Positions 1-9,858 of a stretch of DNA of 33,954 bases are shown here, piece by piece. The translations under genes and the position numbers were made by a program. The notes under the pieces were generated by a model. That model did no database searches and had not been told where the DNA came from. It worked only from the letters and a program-made list of their open reading frames with translations. Positions within the stretch are counted from its first letter, which is position 1. Each line of letters begins with the position of its first letter. Source of the DNA: Fidelibacterota bacterium (GTDB taxonomy: Bacteria; Fidelibacterota; Marinisomatia; Marinisomatales; TCS55); assembly GCA_027251445.1 (NCBI GenBank), contig JAPNQO010000082.1:1-33954 (forward strand), given 5' to 3'.

Positions 1-1
1 T

Positions 2-1417
2 CCACTATATAAATTAATATATACTGCGCACATGCGTACGATTATTGATGAAATATATAATACAGAATATTATTATAGCTGGGCAACTGAGATTCAAGAT
101 AGTATTGAATCCTATGCGTTGAATGATCCCAATTTATTTTACCCATTTACATTAGGAAATTATTTTCGCTACAACGTAACCAATTATTTAGATACAGATT
201 TTATAGATATTTGTGGAATTGTATCTACTGTTGGGCCTAGAAGAACTTATTTGTTAAACAATATTGAAATTGCAAAAACAGCCCCGATAATTTCTTTAGT
301 TTCACAAAACAATTCTAATCCTCTTCCAGGTGATTCTGTTTATATTAGGGCTTTAGTTGAGAATGCAACTCAAGTTGAGCTTATGATTACTAATAATGAA
401 TATTCTACCTTTTTTGAATCAATAGAGATGCATGATGATGGCATGCATCATGATGGAGAAGAAAATGATAATACATATGGTGCTTTAGTACCATTTTTCT
501 TAAATGGAGAAAATGTAAAGTACTATGTAAGAGCTCGGGATAATGATGCAATTATTCTGAATCCTAGAAAAGCTGAAAGGGAATTCTTTCAATACTCAAT
601 TGGCTCTGTTCCAGCTGATGGTTCTGTACCAACAATTAATGAAATAAATTATAATTCAAGTGACAATTTTGATCCTGAAGATTGGGTTGAAATATATAAT
701 CCTACGGATTCAATTTTTGATATGAGTAATTGGTTTTTTAGAGATCAAGGAGAAGTAGGCGATGATCATCTATTTATAATACCAGAAGGTACTTTATTGT
801 ATCCGAACGAATATATTGTTTTATGTCGTGATACTATAGATTTTAAAAATCACTTTCCAATGGTGGATTCGTATATGGGTGATCTTGGTTTTGGACTTAG
901 TGGAGGAGGGGAATTAATTCGTTTATATAATAATGATGGAATATTAATGGATTCATTAACATATGATGATGATAATCCTTGGCCACCTGAGCCAGATGGA
1001 GACGGGCCAACCCTAGAATTGATAAACCCGTTTAGAGATAATGGATTATATAGTAATTGGTCACCATCAATTGGAAATGGCACACCCGGAGCACAAAACA
1101 GTAATTATCTTGGAGATATTCAGCATAATACATCACCTGAAGAATTCCGATTATATCAAAACTATCCTAATCCATTTAATCCTCAAACTACAATCATGTA
1201 TTATTTACCACAAAAGAGCAAAATTTCTTTAATAATATATGATGCGATTGGTAGAGAGGTTAGATCTTTGGATAGTGGTGTAAAAAGTTCTGGATATCAT
1301 ACCTTATCTTGGGATAGTAAAGATAATTATGGTAAAAGTGTAAGTACCGGTATATACATATATCAATTACAAACAGAAAAATATATCAAGAATAATAAAA
1401 TGATCTTGATAAAATAA
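2..1417 (+). CDS. 5'-truncated secreted CotH-kinase-like protein with lamin-tail domain and C-terminal FlgD-Ig/T9SS-like sorting domain
   Basis: Frame is open from the window edge (PLYKLIYTAHMRTI, resembles the CotH C-terminal region). Lamin-tail motif INEINYN..DWVEIYN. C-terminal LYQNYPNPFNP..STGIYIYQL..KMILIK. Confidence 0.75.
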   Translation, partial: PLYKLIYTAHMRTIIDEIYNTEYYYSWATEIQDSIESYALNDPNLFYPFTLGNYFRYNVTNYLDTDFIDICGIVSTVGPRRTYLLNNIEIAKTAPIISLVSQNNSNPLPGDSVYIRALVENATQVELMITNNEYSTFFESIEMHDDGMHHDGEENDNTYGALVPFFLNGENVKYYVRARDNDAIILNPRKAEREFFQYSIGSVPADGSVPTINEINYNSSDNFDPEDWVEIYNPTDSIFDMSNWFFRDQGEVGDDHLFIIPEGTLLYPNEYIVLCRDTIDFKNHFPMVDSYMGDLGFGLSGGGELIRLYNNDGILMDSLTYDDDNPWPPEPDGDGPTLELINPFRDNGLYSNWSPSIGNGTPGAQNSNYLGDIQHNTSPEEFRLYQNYPNPFNPQTTIMYYLPQKSKISLIIYDAIGREVRSLDSGVKSSGYHTLSWDSKDNYGKSVSTGIYIYQLQTEKYIKNNKMILIK

Positions 1418-1451
1418 AATTTATTTATATTTTCTAAATAGGAGGTATTCT

Positions 1452-1925
1452 ATGAAATCAATGCAAAATTGGCTAGATGAATATGGTGAGAGTCACCAGA
1501 ACCCCTTGAACAAAAAAATCCATTGGATATGTGTACCTGCTATTATGTTCAGTGTTTTGGGGCTTTGGTGGTCTATCCCTCATGGATATATGCCTTTTAT
1601 TATTAATAATATCAAACTTAACTGGGCAATTATAATTACTGCTATGATTCTTTTATATTACATCCGTCTTTCTTTAGTCATGGCAATTGGAATGTTCATT
1701 ATCGGATTTGCTCTTTTAGCTGGTAATTCCTATATAGATACAAACTTTGAAACGCCATTATGGAAAACCTCATTAATAATATTTGTTGTTGCATGGATTG
1801 GACAATTTATTGGTCATAAAATAGAAGGAAAGAAGCCATCATTCTTTCAAGATTTACAATTTCTCCTTATAGGTCCTGCTTGGTTGTTATCCTTTATTTA
1901 TAATAAGTTTGGGATTAAATATTAA
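1452..1925 (+). CDS. DUF962/Mpo1-like membrane protein
   Basis: YGESHQNPLNKKIHWICVP and WIGQFIGHKIEGKKPSFFQDLQFLLIGP motifs; AGGAGG SD. Confidence 0.9.
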   Translation: MKSMQNWLDEYGESHQNPLNKKIHWICVPAIMFSVLGLWWSIPHGYMPFIINNIKLNWAIIITAMILLYYIRLSLVMAIGMFIIGFALLAGNSYIDTNFETPLWKTSLIIFVVAWIGQFIGHKIEGKKPSFFQDLQFLLIGPAWLLSFIYNKFGIKY

Positions 1926-1944
1926 ACTATAAATAAGGGGAATT

Positions 1945-2712
1945 ATGATATCAGTTATTTCACCAGCAAAAAAACTAAACTTTAATGCAGATTCACCAAT
2001 TAAAGCATTTTCTCAATGTGATTTCTTAGATGAATCAAAAAAGCTTGTTGATGAAGCAAAAGATTATTCATTTGATGACATAATGAAATTAATGCGTGTT
2101 AGTGAGAATATTGCAAATTTAACCGTTCAGCGTTTTCAAGAATGGAAACTTCCTTTTGATGATCAAAATGCAAAACAAGCCGCACTAGCATTTAATGGAG
2201 ATACATATGCAGGTCTAGAAGCAGATACTTTTAGTCAGGATGATTTTGATTATTCTCAAAACCATTTACGTATTTTATCGGGTCTTTATGGTTTACTAAG
2301 GCCATTAGATCTTATTCAAGCATATCGATTAGAAATGGGAACAAAAATGAATAATTCAAAAGGAAAAAATCTATATGAATTTTGGGGTACAAAAATATCT
2401 AAACAGCTAAATGAGGACCTTAGTAATCATCAAAGTAAGCATATTATTAATTGTGCTTCAGATGAATATTTTAAAGTAATAGATCTGCAAACTCTAAATG
2501 CTCCAGTAGTAAAACCAATCTTTAAAGATGTAAAAAATGGTGTGCCCAAGGTTATATCATTCTTTGCAAAACGAGCTAGGGGAATGATGTCTAAATATAT
2601 TATTAAGAATAGAGTTCAATCCATTGAAGATTTACATAGCTTTAATGATAATGGTTATGAATTTCAACCTGATCAATCAGATAATCATGAGCTAGTATAT
2701 ATTCGTGGCTAG
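1945..2712 (+). CDS. yaaA: peroxide stress protein YaaA (UPF0246)
   Basis: ISPAKKL, LRILSGLYGLLRPLD..YRLEMGT, SFFAKRARGMM. Confidence 0.95.
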   Translation: MISVISPAKKLNFNADSPIKAFSQCDFLDESKKLVDEAKDYSFDDIMKLMRVSENIANLTVQRFQEWKLPFDDQNAKQAALAFNGDTYAGLEADTFSQDDFDYSQNHLRILSGLYGLLRPLDLIQAYRLEMGTKMNNSKGKNLYEFWGTKISKQLNEDLSNHQSKHIINCASDEYFKVIDLQTLNAPVVKPIFKDVKNGVPKVISFFAKRARGMMSKYIIKNRVQSIEDLHSFNDNGYEFQPDQSDNHELVYIRG

Positions 2713-2768
2713 TTTTTTATCTGAATACTTAATAAACAATACTTATTTATATATTCTAATAAATTAAT

Positions 2769-3068
2769 ATGAGTTATAAATGTATAAGTTTAGATGAAGC
2801 TAGGATGCTATTAGATAATCCTGATACAGTTATAGTTGACATTCGAGATAGTCAATCTTATGAAGATGGAAATATTCCTGAATCGATTAATATTTCAAAT
2901 GATAATATTGATCAATTTTTGGAGAAAACAGATAGAGATGTAAATCTATTAGTGTATTGTTATGTTGGTAATAGCAGTAAAGGGGCATCAGAATATTTTG
3001 TCCAAAATGGATTCAAAACAGTTTTCAGCCTTGATGGTGGATATGAAGAATACCATAGAAATAAATGA
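2769..3068 (+). CDS. glpE: single-domain rhodanese / thiosulfate sulfurtransferase, GlpE-like
   Basis: IVDIRD..SY..GNIP, active-site loop VYCYVGNSS, SLDGGY. Confidence 0.8.
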   Translation: MSYKCISLDEARMLLDNPDTVIVDIRDSQSYEDGNIPESINISNDNIDQFLEKTDRDVNLLVYCYVGNSSKGASEYFVQNGFKTVFSLDGGYEEYHRNK

Positions 3069-3415
3069 ATAATTTTGACAAACGTCCTCTATTAATTTAT
3101 GATGGAGAATGTCAATTTTGTATAAAATGGGCAAATAAATTCAAAATATCAACAGGAGATCATGTAACATTTATTCCTTTACAAAATATTCCTTTAGATT
3201 TTAGCTATGTTACTAGAGCTGCATGTTTAAAATCGGTACACTTTATTAATATTGATGATAAGACTTCCAAGGGGGCAGAAGCAATTTTTCAATTATTTTA
3301 TTCTTCTAATAAAGCTAGAATATTCTTTATCCTTTATAAATGGATACCACCTTTTAGATTTATATCAGAATTAATTTATAGTTGGATAGCTAGAAACCGA
3401 CATTTATTTTCCTAA
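3065..3415 (+). CDS. DCC1-like thiol-disulfide oxidoreductase (DUF393)
   Basis: IYDGECQFC (DxxCxxC) and Y.WIARNRH C-terminus. Confidence 0.9.
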   Translation: MNNFDKRPLLIYDGECQFCIKWANKFKISTGDHVTFIPLQNIPLDFSYVTRAACLKSVHFINIDDKTSKGAEAIFQLFYSSNKARIFFILYKWIPPFRFISELIYSWIARNRHLFS

Positions 3416-3435
3416 TAATTGAATGGATAATCGAT

Positions 3436-4440
3436 TTGATTAAATGGATTCATAATTATATCAAATCTATTACTATAATCTTTTTTAGTTTATCTACAAT
3501 TATGGCTATAAATAATTCAAATTCCGTTAAAGAAGTAATTATTAATGATGAGTGGTTCGCTGAGATAAAGAATGGTGAATATGTATTGAATTGCAGGATT
3601 GGAGGGATGGAGAACGATGGGGAGACAGTTATATTACTTCATGGATTTCCAGAGACATCATACATGTGGATTAAATTAATGGATGTATTAGTAGATAAAG
3701 GTTATCGTGTTATAGCGCCAGATCAACGTGGTTATAGCCCAAATGCTAGACCAACACTCATTAAAGAATATACTCTTAAGCATACAGTGAGCGATGTCCT
3801 TGCTATAGTTGATGCTTATAATTTAAAACGATATCATCTTATAGGTCATGATTGGGGTTCTTCTGTAGGATGGGCATTTGTAGCTGAACATAGCAATAAG
3901 TTATATAGCTGGACATCGCTATCAATCCCACATATGAAAGCATTTCAAGAGGCTTATAGGAATGATTTAGATCAGCAAAAAAAAAGTAGATATATAGGAT
4001 TTTTTAATATGCCGTTTATTCCTGAATTATATATGTCATTCAACAATTATAAAAATCTTAAAAAGATTTGGAGGGCACATGAAGATGAAGAAATTGATGC
4101 ATATTTAAAAGTATTTCGTCAACGTGGCGCCCTACGTTCAGCATTGAATTGGTATCGCGCAAATATTGGGAACAAAAGAAACCCAAGTGACTATATTCAA
4201 TTTGGTAATGTGGAAGTACCTACTTTACTAATTTGGGGAAACATGGATATGGCAATTGGAAGAAAATCTGTTGAATTAAGCGAGAAGTATATGAAAGGAC
4301 CCTATAATTTTGTAGAGCTTTATGCTGGGCACTGGCTAATTCAAGAAGAATTTGATGAAGTTTCAAAAGAAATAATTAAACATTTAAGAAAATATTCATC
4401 TTCATATTATGAACCTCATCTTGGAAGAAAAAAAGAATAA
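3436..4440 (+). CDS. alpha/beta hydrolase, epoxide-hydrolase-like
   Basis: LLHGFPE, APDQRGYS, nucleophile GHDWG, ALNWYRAN, C-terminal GHW. TTG start is uncertain. Confidence 0.85.
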   Translation: MIKWIHNYIKSITIIFFSLSTIMAINNSNSVKEVIINDEWFAEIKNGEYVLNCRIGGMENDGETVILLHGFPETSYMWIKLMDVLVDKGYRVIAPDQRGYSPNARPTLIKEYTLKHTVSDVLAIVDAYNLKRYHLIGHDWGSSVGWAFVAEHSNKLYSWTSLSIPHMKAFQEAYRNDLDQQKKSRYIGFFNMPFIPELYMSFNNYKNLKKIWRAHEDEEIDAYLKVFRQRGALRSALNWYRANIGNKRNPSDYIQFGNVEVPTLLIWGNMDMAIGRKSVELSEKYMKGPYNFVELYAGHWLIQEEFDEVSKEIIKHLRKYSSSYYEPHLGRKKE

Positions 4441-4470
4441 AAAAAGGGGATTTTACCCCCTTTTTTTATT
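4436..4470. terminator. bidirectional intrinsic terminator
   Basis: Perfect 14-bp inverted repeat AATAAAAAAAGGGG / CCCCTTTTTTTATT with a 7-nt loop and T-tracts on both strands, between convergent genes. Confidence 0.9.
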
Positions 4471-4480
4471 AGAATTCTTT

Positions 4481-5428
4481 TTACCTACCTTTATGACCCC
4501 AACGGGAGTGCTTCATAAATCGACGAGCTATTGCACGATGAATTTCAATAATTTCTAATTGAACTGTATCAAAAATGATAATTTTATCTTCATGAAATGA
4601 ATCGATAATACTCCCAACACTTAGTATATATTCTTCAGGGGTATAATCAACAACACCATTAACAAAGTTATCATGTAATAATTCTAATGATGATTTAAAT
4701 GATGCTTCAAGAGATTCAAGAGTTGAAATTTGTTCTGCAGACATACCAAGGACATCATACATTTCTTGTTTCATTTTTTCATGGTTTTTTGCATGTTTAC
4801 CATATCCACCTTTACTTTTACGCCAATGGTCATCTTTTTGTTTGTGCATTTCTTCTAAAAGGGATTTTTGATCATCTGTTAAAAGCTTATCCATTGCAGC
4901 TCGAAACCATTCCATAACACCCATCATTTCCCGATATGCTTCTTTTTTTGTCTGCGATCCAGCTTTTAAATCATTATAAACCTCATCTAGAGCATCCTTC
5001 TTATAAGTGACCATTTCATTGTAATCTGACAATTGATCTGCACTAAGTATTGAACGAATAAATTCATCCATGCGGTGATGATGACGAAGACGTTTATGAT
5101 GGTAATCATTTTCTTCAGTTATTTCTTCAGATATAAGATCCTCTGGTGGCGAAAGTAACCGTTCTTTTTGTTCTTGAGTTAAGTTTTGTTGAAGATATGA
5201 AGCTAATTTCCATAGAGAAGCATTATCTGGAAAAAAATCACGACCATTTCTTAAAAAATCTTTACTGTCAGATATTTGTTTTGAAGATAATGCCAAATCC
5301 TGTTCTAAATCATATAGTAGCATATCGTATGCATATGGATCACCAGAATCATTTCTATCTCCAAAAAAGTTTTCACATCCTATTATAAATAGTAAACTAA
5401 AAATTGTTATTGGTAGTAGTTTATTCAT
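4481..5428 (-). CDS. helical lipoprotein with Spy/CpxP-like LTxxQ repeats and His-rich patches
   Basis: Lipobox FIIGC; LSSKQ, LTQEQ, LSADQ, LTDDQ, MSAEQ repeats; AGGAG SD. Confidence 0.6.
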   Translation of the reverse strand: MNKLLPITIFSLLFIIGCENFFGDRNDSGDPYAYDMLLYDLEQDLALSSKQISDSKDFLRNGRDFFPDNASLWKLASYLQQNLTQEQKERLLSPPEDLISEEITEENDYHHKRLRHHHRMDEFIRSILSADQLSDYNEMVTYKKDALDEVYNDLKAGSQTKKEAYREMMGVMEWFRAAMDKLLTDDQKSLLEEMHKQKDDHWRKSKGGYGKHAKNHEKMKQEMYDVLGMSAEQISTLESLEASFKSSLELLHDNFVNGVVDYTPEEYILSVGSIIDSFHEDKIIIFDTVQLEIIEIHRAIARRFMKHSRWGHKGR

Positions 5429-5511
5429 TATTTTCTCCTTAATTGAATTTAGTCTTTAGACTATCAATAAGTAAAGAAAGTTAAAAAAGATTATATACTG
5501 TCTTATAAATT

Positions 5512-6075
5512 ATGAGATTTAATAAAACATATTTTTTTATATTAATTTTTTGTTCAACTATAAAAGCTGAAATTGGAATAACTTTAATTGGTGGATTTAA
5601 TCATTCAAATGTCTTCCATCAGGATGAACAAATACAAGAATGGTCTGGAGATATAAAATCACTTTCATTTGCAATTGAACGTAAAATTGGACCTTTAATT
5701 ACTAGTATCGGTTATATAAATGGGGGGTTTATTAATGGATTTTCAGACATTGATACTACATTAAATATTTCGTACTTAAACATTGAGTCTTATTACCCAA
5801 TAAATATTGGGAAAATAAGATTTATGGGGGGCGTTTATCTTGCAAACCCATTAAGTGCAATTGAATCATATTCTACTGGAAGTTCTATAACTGTTACACC
5901 TGAAGAATTCAATATTGATTATGGTATCCTTACGGGTATATCATTTGGAGTAACTGAAAAAATTGGCTTTAGAATAGTGTTACATTATGGTTTAGAAGAT
6001 GTATGGAAAAAGCCCATTGAACAAAGAAGCATTACAACAATTTTAACTGGAGTAAATATTTACTTTAATTTATAA
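5512..6075 (+). CDS. small outer-membrane beta-barrel protein (PorT/OmpA-like)
   Basis: Signal peptide, GGFNHSN first strand, DYGILTGISF, aromatic C-terminal strand GVNIYFNL. Confidence 0.6.
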   Translation: MRFNKTYFFILIFCSTIKAEIGITLIGGFNHSNVFHQDEQIQEWSGDIKSLSFAIERKIGPLITSIGYINGGFINGFSDIDTTLNISYLNIESYYPINIGKIRFMGGVYLANPLSAIESYSTGSSITVTPEEFNIDYGILTGISFGVTEKIGFRIVLHYGLEDVWKKPIEQRSITTILTGVNIYFNL

Positions 6076-6102
6076 GTATGTATTTTATTTTGAGGTATAA
6101 TT

Positions 6103-6765
6103 ATGAGTAATCAAACAATTTCAATAACTGATTCCATATATAAATATCTATGTGATAATTCATTAAGAGAGGATAAAAACTTGTCTTCTTTACGAGCTCA
6201 CACTTATAGGATGGAACAACGTAATATGCAAATTTCTCCTGAGCAGGGTCAATTTATGCAATTACTTATTAAAATTATGAATGCAAAAAATACAATTGAG
6301 GTTGGTGTATTTACTGGATACAGTTCATTATGTGTAGCACTAGCATTGCCACATGATGGGAAGATAATCGCTTGTGATATAAGTACAAAATATACTGATA
6401 TAGCTGAAAAATATTGGGAAGATGCAAATGTAAGAAATAAAATCGATTTAAGAATTGGTCCTGCTATAGATACACTAAAAACATTAATTGATAAAGGCAT
6501 GTCCAATACGTTTGATTTCTCATTTATTGATGCAGATAAAATAAATTATGATAATTATTATGAGATGTGTTTACAACTCCTGCGTCCAGGTGGATTAATT
6601 GCGATAGATAATGTATTATGGAGTGGAGATGTTGCTGATATACGTATTAATGATATTGATACAGAATCTATTAGGTCTCTTAATAAAAAGTTACATAAGG
6701 ATTCTAGAGTAGATATAAGTCTTCTTCCTATAGGAGATGGGCTAACACTTGCATTAAAAAAATAA
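6103..6765 (+). CDS. class I SAM-dependent O-methyltransferase (caffeoyl-CoA OMT family)
   Basis: MQISPEQGQF, IEVGVFTGYS, FDFSFIDADK, DNVLWSG, LLPIGDGLTLA. Confidence 0.95.
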   Translation: MSNQTISITDSIYKYLCDNSLREDKNLSSLRAHTYRMEQRNMQISPEQGQFMQLLIKIMNAKNTIEVGVFTGYSSLCVALALPHDGKIIACDISTKYTDIAEKYWEDANVRNKIDLRIGPAIDTLKTLIDKGMSNTFDFSFIDADKINYDNYYEMCLQLLRPGGLIAIDNVLWSGDVADIRINDIDTESIRSLNKKLHKDSRVDISLLPIGDGLTLALKK

Positions 6766-6784
6766 TTTTTTTTTATAAAAAAAC

Positions 6785-6813
6785 TTGCCCATGTATCATT
6801 ACTTAAATACTTT
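6785..6813 (+). promoter_or_regulatory. possible sigma70 promoter
   Basis: TTGCCC-N17-TACTTT upstream of the ORF at 6863. Confidence 0.35.
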
Positions 6814-6862
6814 ATATACTTAATTAAATGAAAAGTAGACGAAGGAATTTAGGTTATTAGTA

Positions 6863-7243
6863 ATGGCAAAGAAATCACCCTATAAAGGAAATAAAGCCAA
6901 AGTAGAAACTTTGGTTAGAAAAATGATAAAAGATAACATGTATGACCCTAATGATGAAGAATTATGGTTAATTAATGAATATGATCGTTTCTCATTTTAT
7001 TCTAAGCCGTTATTAAAAAGTTTTGAAAAATATTATGATAAAGTTTGGGAAGAATTAAAACAACTTAGACGTATGGATGCAGAAGTTCTTGAGGATCTAG
7101 TTGGAAATCCTAATATTTACCTGCTTGATCTTCTTATTGAGCCATTTACAGAATATATTAGAAAAAAGAAAGAATCGAAATCCATGCTAATGCTACAGAA
7201 ACTTAATATAGTTTTTGTAGATGATCGGTTGATTCTCAATTAA
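6863..7243 (+). CDS. hypothetical protein
   Basis: 126-aa ORF collinear with its neighbours; no recognised motif. Confidence 0.7.
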   Translation: MAKKSPYKGNKAKVETLVRKMIKDNMYDPNDEELWLINEYDRFSFYSKPLLKSFEKYYDKVWEELKQLRRMDAEVLEDLVGNPNIYLLDLLIEPFTEYIRKKKESKSMLMLQKLNIVFVDDRLILN

Positions 7244-7253
7244 TCATAGTAAT

Positions 7254-7730
7254 ATGCCAGGTTATAAAAAAACAAACCTGGATCTTGAAAACCCTCCTAA
7301 TTGGTTAACTTTTTTAAAGGATAAAATTGGGCTTAGTGCTTTGGGCTTAACTGTTACCCGACTTCCAGCTGGTAAAGGATATACCTTCATGCATCAACAT
7401 AAAGAGCAAGAAGAAGTTTATATGGTAATTAATGGAAATGGCATCATTCATATTGATGGTGAGGATATTCCAATAACAAAAGGAGATTTTATCAACGTAT
7501 ACCCTCAGAGCAAAAGGGCGTTAAAGGCTGATGAAGACTCTGATTTAATATTTATATGCGCTGGAGCAATTAAGAGTAATAAATATTCTAATAAACAAAG
7601 CTCAAGAGCATTAATTGATGATGGTATTCCTGATTTTGAAAACTTACCTCCATGGTATAGAGGTAGTGAAAAAATAATGGAATTAAATAAACGTTTAAAA
7701 AATGAGCGTAAGGAAAAAAAGAAAAAATGA
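7254..7730 (+). CDS. cupin domain protein
   Basis: HQHKEQEEVYMVINGNG..IDGE..KGDFI cupin motifs. Confidence 0.85.
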   Translation: MPGYKKTNLDLENPPNWLTFLKDKIGLSALGLTVTRLPAGKGYTFMHQHKEQEEVYMVINGNGIIHIDGEDIPITKGDFINVYPQSKRALKADEDSDLIFICAGAIKSNKYSNKQSSRALIDDGIPDFENLPPWYRGSEKIMELNKRLKNERKEKKKK

Positions 7731-9838
7731 GAAGATTTAGTATATTAATTATTGTTTTGTTTTCAATAATAGTTGCAGATGATATGACACTTGTAGCTCC
7801 AGATGGTTCAGTTATTTTTATACATCGTGATGATTTTGGCGTGCCTCATATAGTTGCAGATAATGATTATGCTGTTTCATATGGACAAGGTTTTGCTGAA
7901 GCACAAGATCGTCTTTATCAAATGGATTTAAATAGGAGAGGAGCCCTTGGTAGGTTAAGTGAATGGTTTGGCGATCAGATGATGAATTTTGATAAAGATA
8001 TCCGTCGTTTAGGATATACTAGATTAGAGTATGATGAAATGTTTTCAGAATTAGATATCGAAGTGCAAGAATTAATTATAGCATATGTTGAAGGTATAAA
8101 TACATATGCTGATTCAATGTCAGTGAATCCCTCTAAATATAAACCTATAGAATATCTTACAACACAATTTGAACCCTGGGAAGTACATCATTCATTAGCC
8201 TTTGCAGTATATTTTGTAAGGTTATTTGGCATGTTTGGAGGTGAAGAATTGATACGACTTACAGAATTACAAGATAATGGTTGGAATTGGTTTAATCAGA
8301 ATAGGCCTGTAAATGATAGCACATGCACTACCACATTAATGGATGATGGAAGGGCGATTAACCGTAATTGGACTTATTCTGGTATGGTTATACCAGATCA
8401 TATTGCGGAGGAAGTTGAATTACACAGGCAGGAAATAAGGCAAATTGCTGAGGAGAATGGCTTAATATTTAAACTGGGCAGTTTTTCCGCTGCAATAGGC
8501 TCATCTAAGTCTTCAACTGGCAATTCTATGATTCTTGGCTGTCCTCAAATGGGAGGTCCGAATTATGATGAGACATCCAGGACAATGGAGGTAGAAATTC
8601 AATCTCCAGATTTACATGTTGGAGGATTAAGCATACCAGGTTTCCCAGGGGTTGTGATAGGACATTCAAACTATATGGGATGGACTAATACTAGCGGTGT
8701 TAGCGATAATGTTGATGTATATATAGATTCTACTCAAAGCCAAAATTTTGAAGATGGTTATTGGCATAATGGAGAATGGCTAGACTTTGAAGTAATAACA
8801 GATACAATATATAGTTTTTTTGGATATGAAATTTTTACACATTATAGAACTATTCACGGCCCAGTTTTCTCTGCTTATTTGCCTTCTAATCAAGTCTATT
8901 CTTATAAAATGACATTTTGGAAAAAAGAGATTGAGAGCACGAATTATCTTTACAATGCAATGAAAGCTACTAATATGGAAGAATTCCAAGATGCAATAAA
9001 ACTTGCACCAATGTCATTTAATTATATTGTAATTGATCGGGATGGGAACATTGGATATTGGCATGGAGGCTTACATCAGGATCGTAGTGATGGAATACAT
9101 CCATATTTACCCCATAAAGGAGATGGGTCAGAAGAGTGGGGTGGTTTCATAGATTTTGAAGACCTTCCACAAGGTGATAACTCTTCAATAGGATATTTTG
9201 CAAATTATAATAATAAGCCAGTTGCCTGGTGGAACAATGGCGATCTAGGTCCTTGGATAAATGGAGTATCTCTGTGCGATCGTAATAATTTAATTACAGA
9301 TTATATTGCATCTCATAATTTAATGAGTCTTGATGATGTAAAGAATATTCCATATGCTATAAATGATCATGGAACGTATCAATACGCTCTTGAGTTAAGT
9401 GAAAGCGAGATTATTGATTACAATATTAATCCACCAGGACAAAGTGGATTTATAAATATGGTTGGAGTATATAGTGATCATACATATGACCAGTGGCCAC
9501 TACATGAACAATGGGAATATAAAGATCAGCTATATGGTGAAACTATAGTAAGTGTTGATAAGGAAACACTTCCGGAATTCTTTTCGATAAGTGATGCTTA
9601 TCCAAATCCTTTTAATCCAATAACAAATATTATTTTAACATTAAATCATAGTACAAAAGTCAAAGTAGAAATAATTGATATGAATGGCAAGACTGTCGAT
9701 ACATTAATTGATAGTAAACTTATACAAGGGAAGCATAAAATTACTTGGTTGTCAGACTCTCATTCTAGTGGAATATATTTTATTAGAATTAATACCTCAA
9801 ATCTGATTGAGACAAAGAAACTTTTGTTACTTAAATAA
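7727..9838 (+). CDS. secreted penicillin acylase (Ntn hydrolase) family protein with C-terminal FlgD/T9SS-like domain
   Basis: IHRDDFGVPHI, AQDRLYQMD, putative cleavage G/SFS (Ser252), RTIHGPV, GYFANYNNKP, PPGQSGFI, AYPNPFNP. Confidence 0.9.
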   Translation: MRRFSILIIVLFSIIVADDMTLVAPDGSVIFIHRDDFGVPHIVADNDYAVSYGQGFAEAQDRLYQMDLNRRGALGRLSEWFGDQMMNFDKDIRRLGYTRLEYDEMFSELDIEVQELIIAYVEGINTYADSMSVNPSKYKPIEYLTTQFEPWEVHHSLAFAVYFVRLFGMFGGEELIRLTELQDNGWNWFNQNRPVNDSTCTTTLMDDGRAINRNWTYSGMVIPDHIAEEVELHRQEIRQIAEENGLIFKLGSFSAAIGSSKSSTGNSMILGCPQMGGPNYDETSRTMEVEIQSPDLHVGGLSIPGFPGVVIGHSNYMGWTNTSGVSDNVDVYIDSTQSQNFEDGYWHNGEWLDFEVITDTIYSFFGYEIFTHYRTIHGPVFSAYLPSNQVYSYKMTFWKKEIESTNYLYNAMKATNMEEFQDAIKLAPMSFNYIVIDRDGNIGYWHGGLHQDRSDGIHPYLPHKGDGSEEWGGFIDFEDLPQGDNSSIGYFANYNNKPVAWWNNGDLGPWINGVSLCDRNNLITDYIASHNLMSLDDVKNIPYAINDHGTYQYALELSESEIIDYNINPPGQSGFINMVGVYSDHTYDQWPLHEQWEYKDQLYGETIVSVDKETLPEFFSISDAYPNPFNPITNIILTLNHSTKVKVEIIDMNGKTVDTLIDSKLIQGKHKITWLSDSHSSGIYFIRINTSNLIETKKLLLLK

Positions 9839-9858
9839 AAGAGTTTTTAATAATTATA

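Noticed and set aside
32..34. ATG at 32 as the true start of the first gene
   Set aside because: The frame is open to the window edge and there is no signal peptide despite a sorting domain, so the gene is truncated.
850..6506. Short ORFs 850-1083, 1041-1232, 4699-4917, 5146-5388, 6249-6506
   Set aside because: Antisense or out-of-frame shadows inside well-supported genes, with no motifs.
6763..6783. T-run/A-run palindrome after the methyltransferase as a terminator
   Set aside because: AT-only stem, too weak to call.
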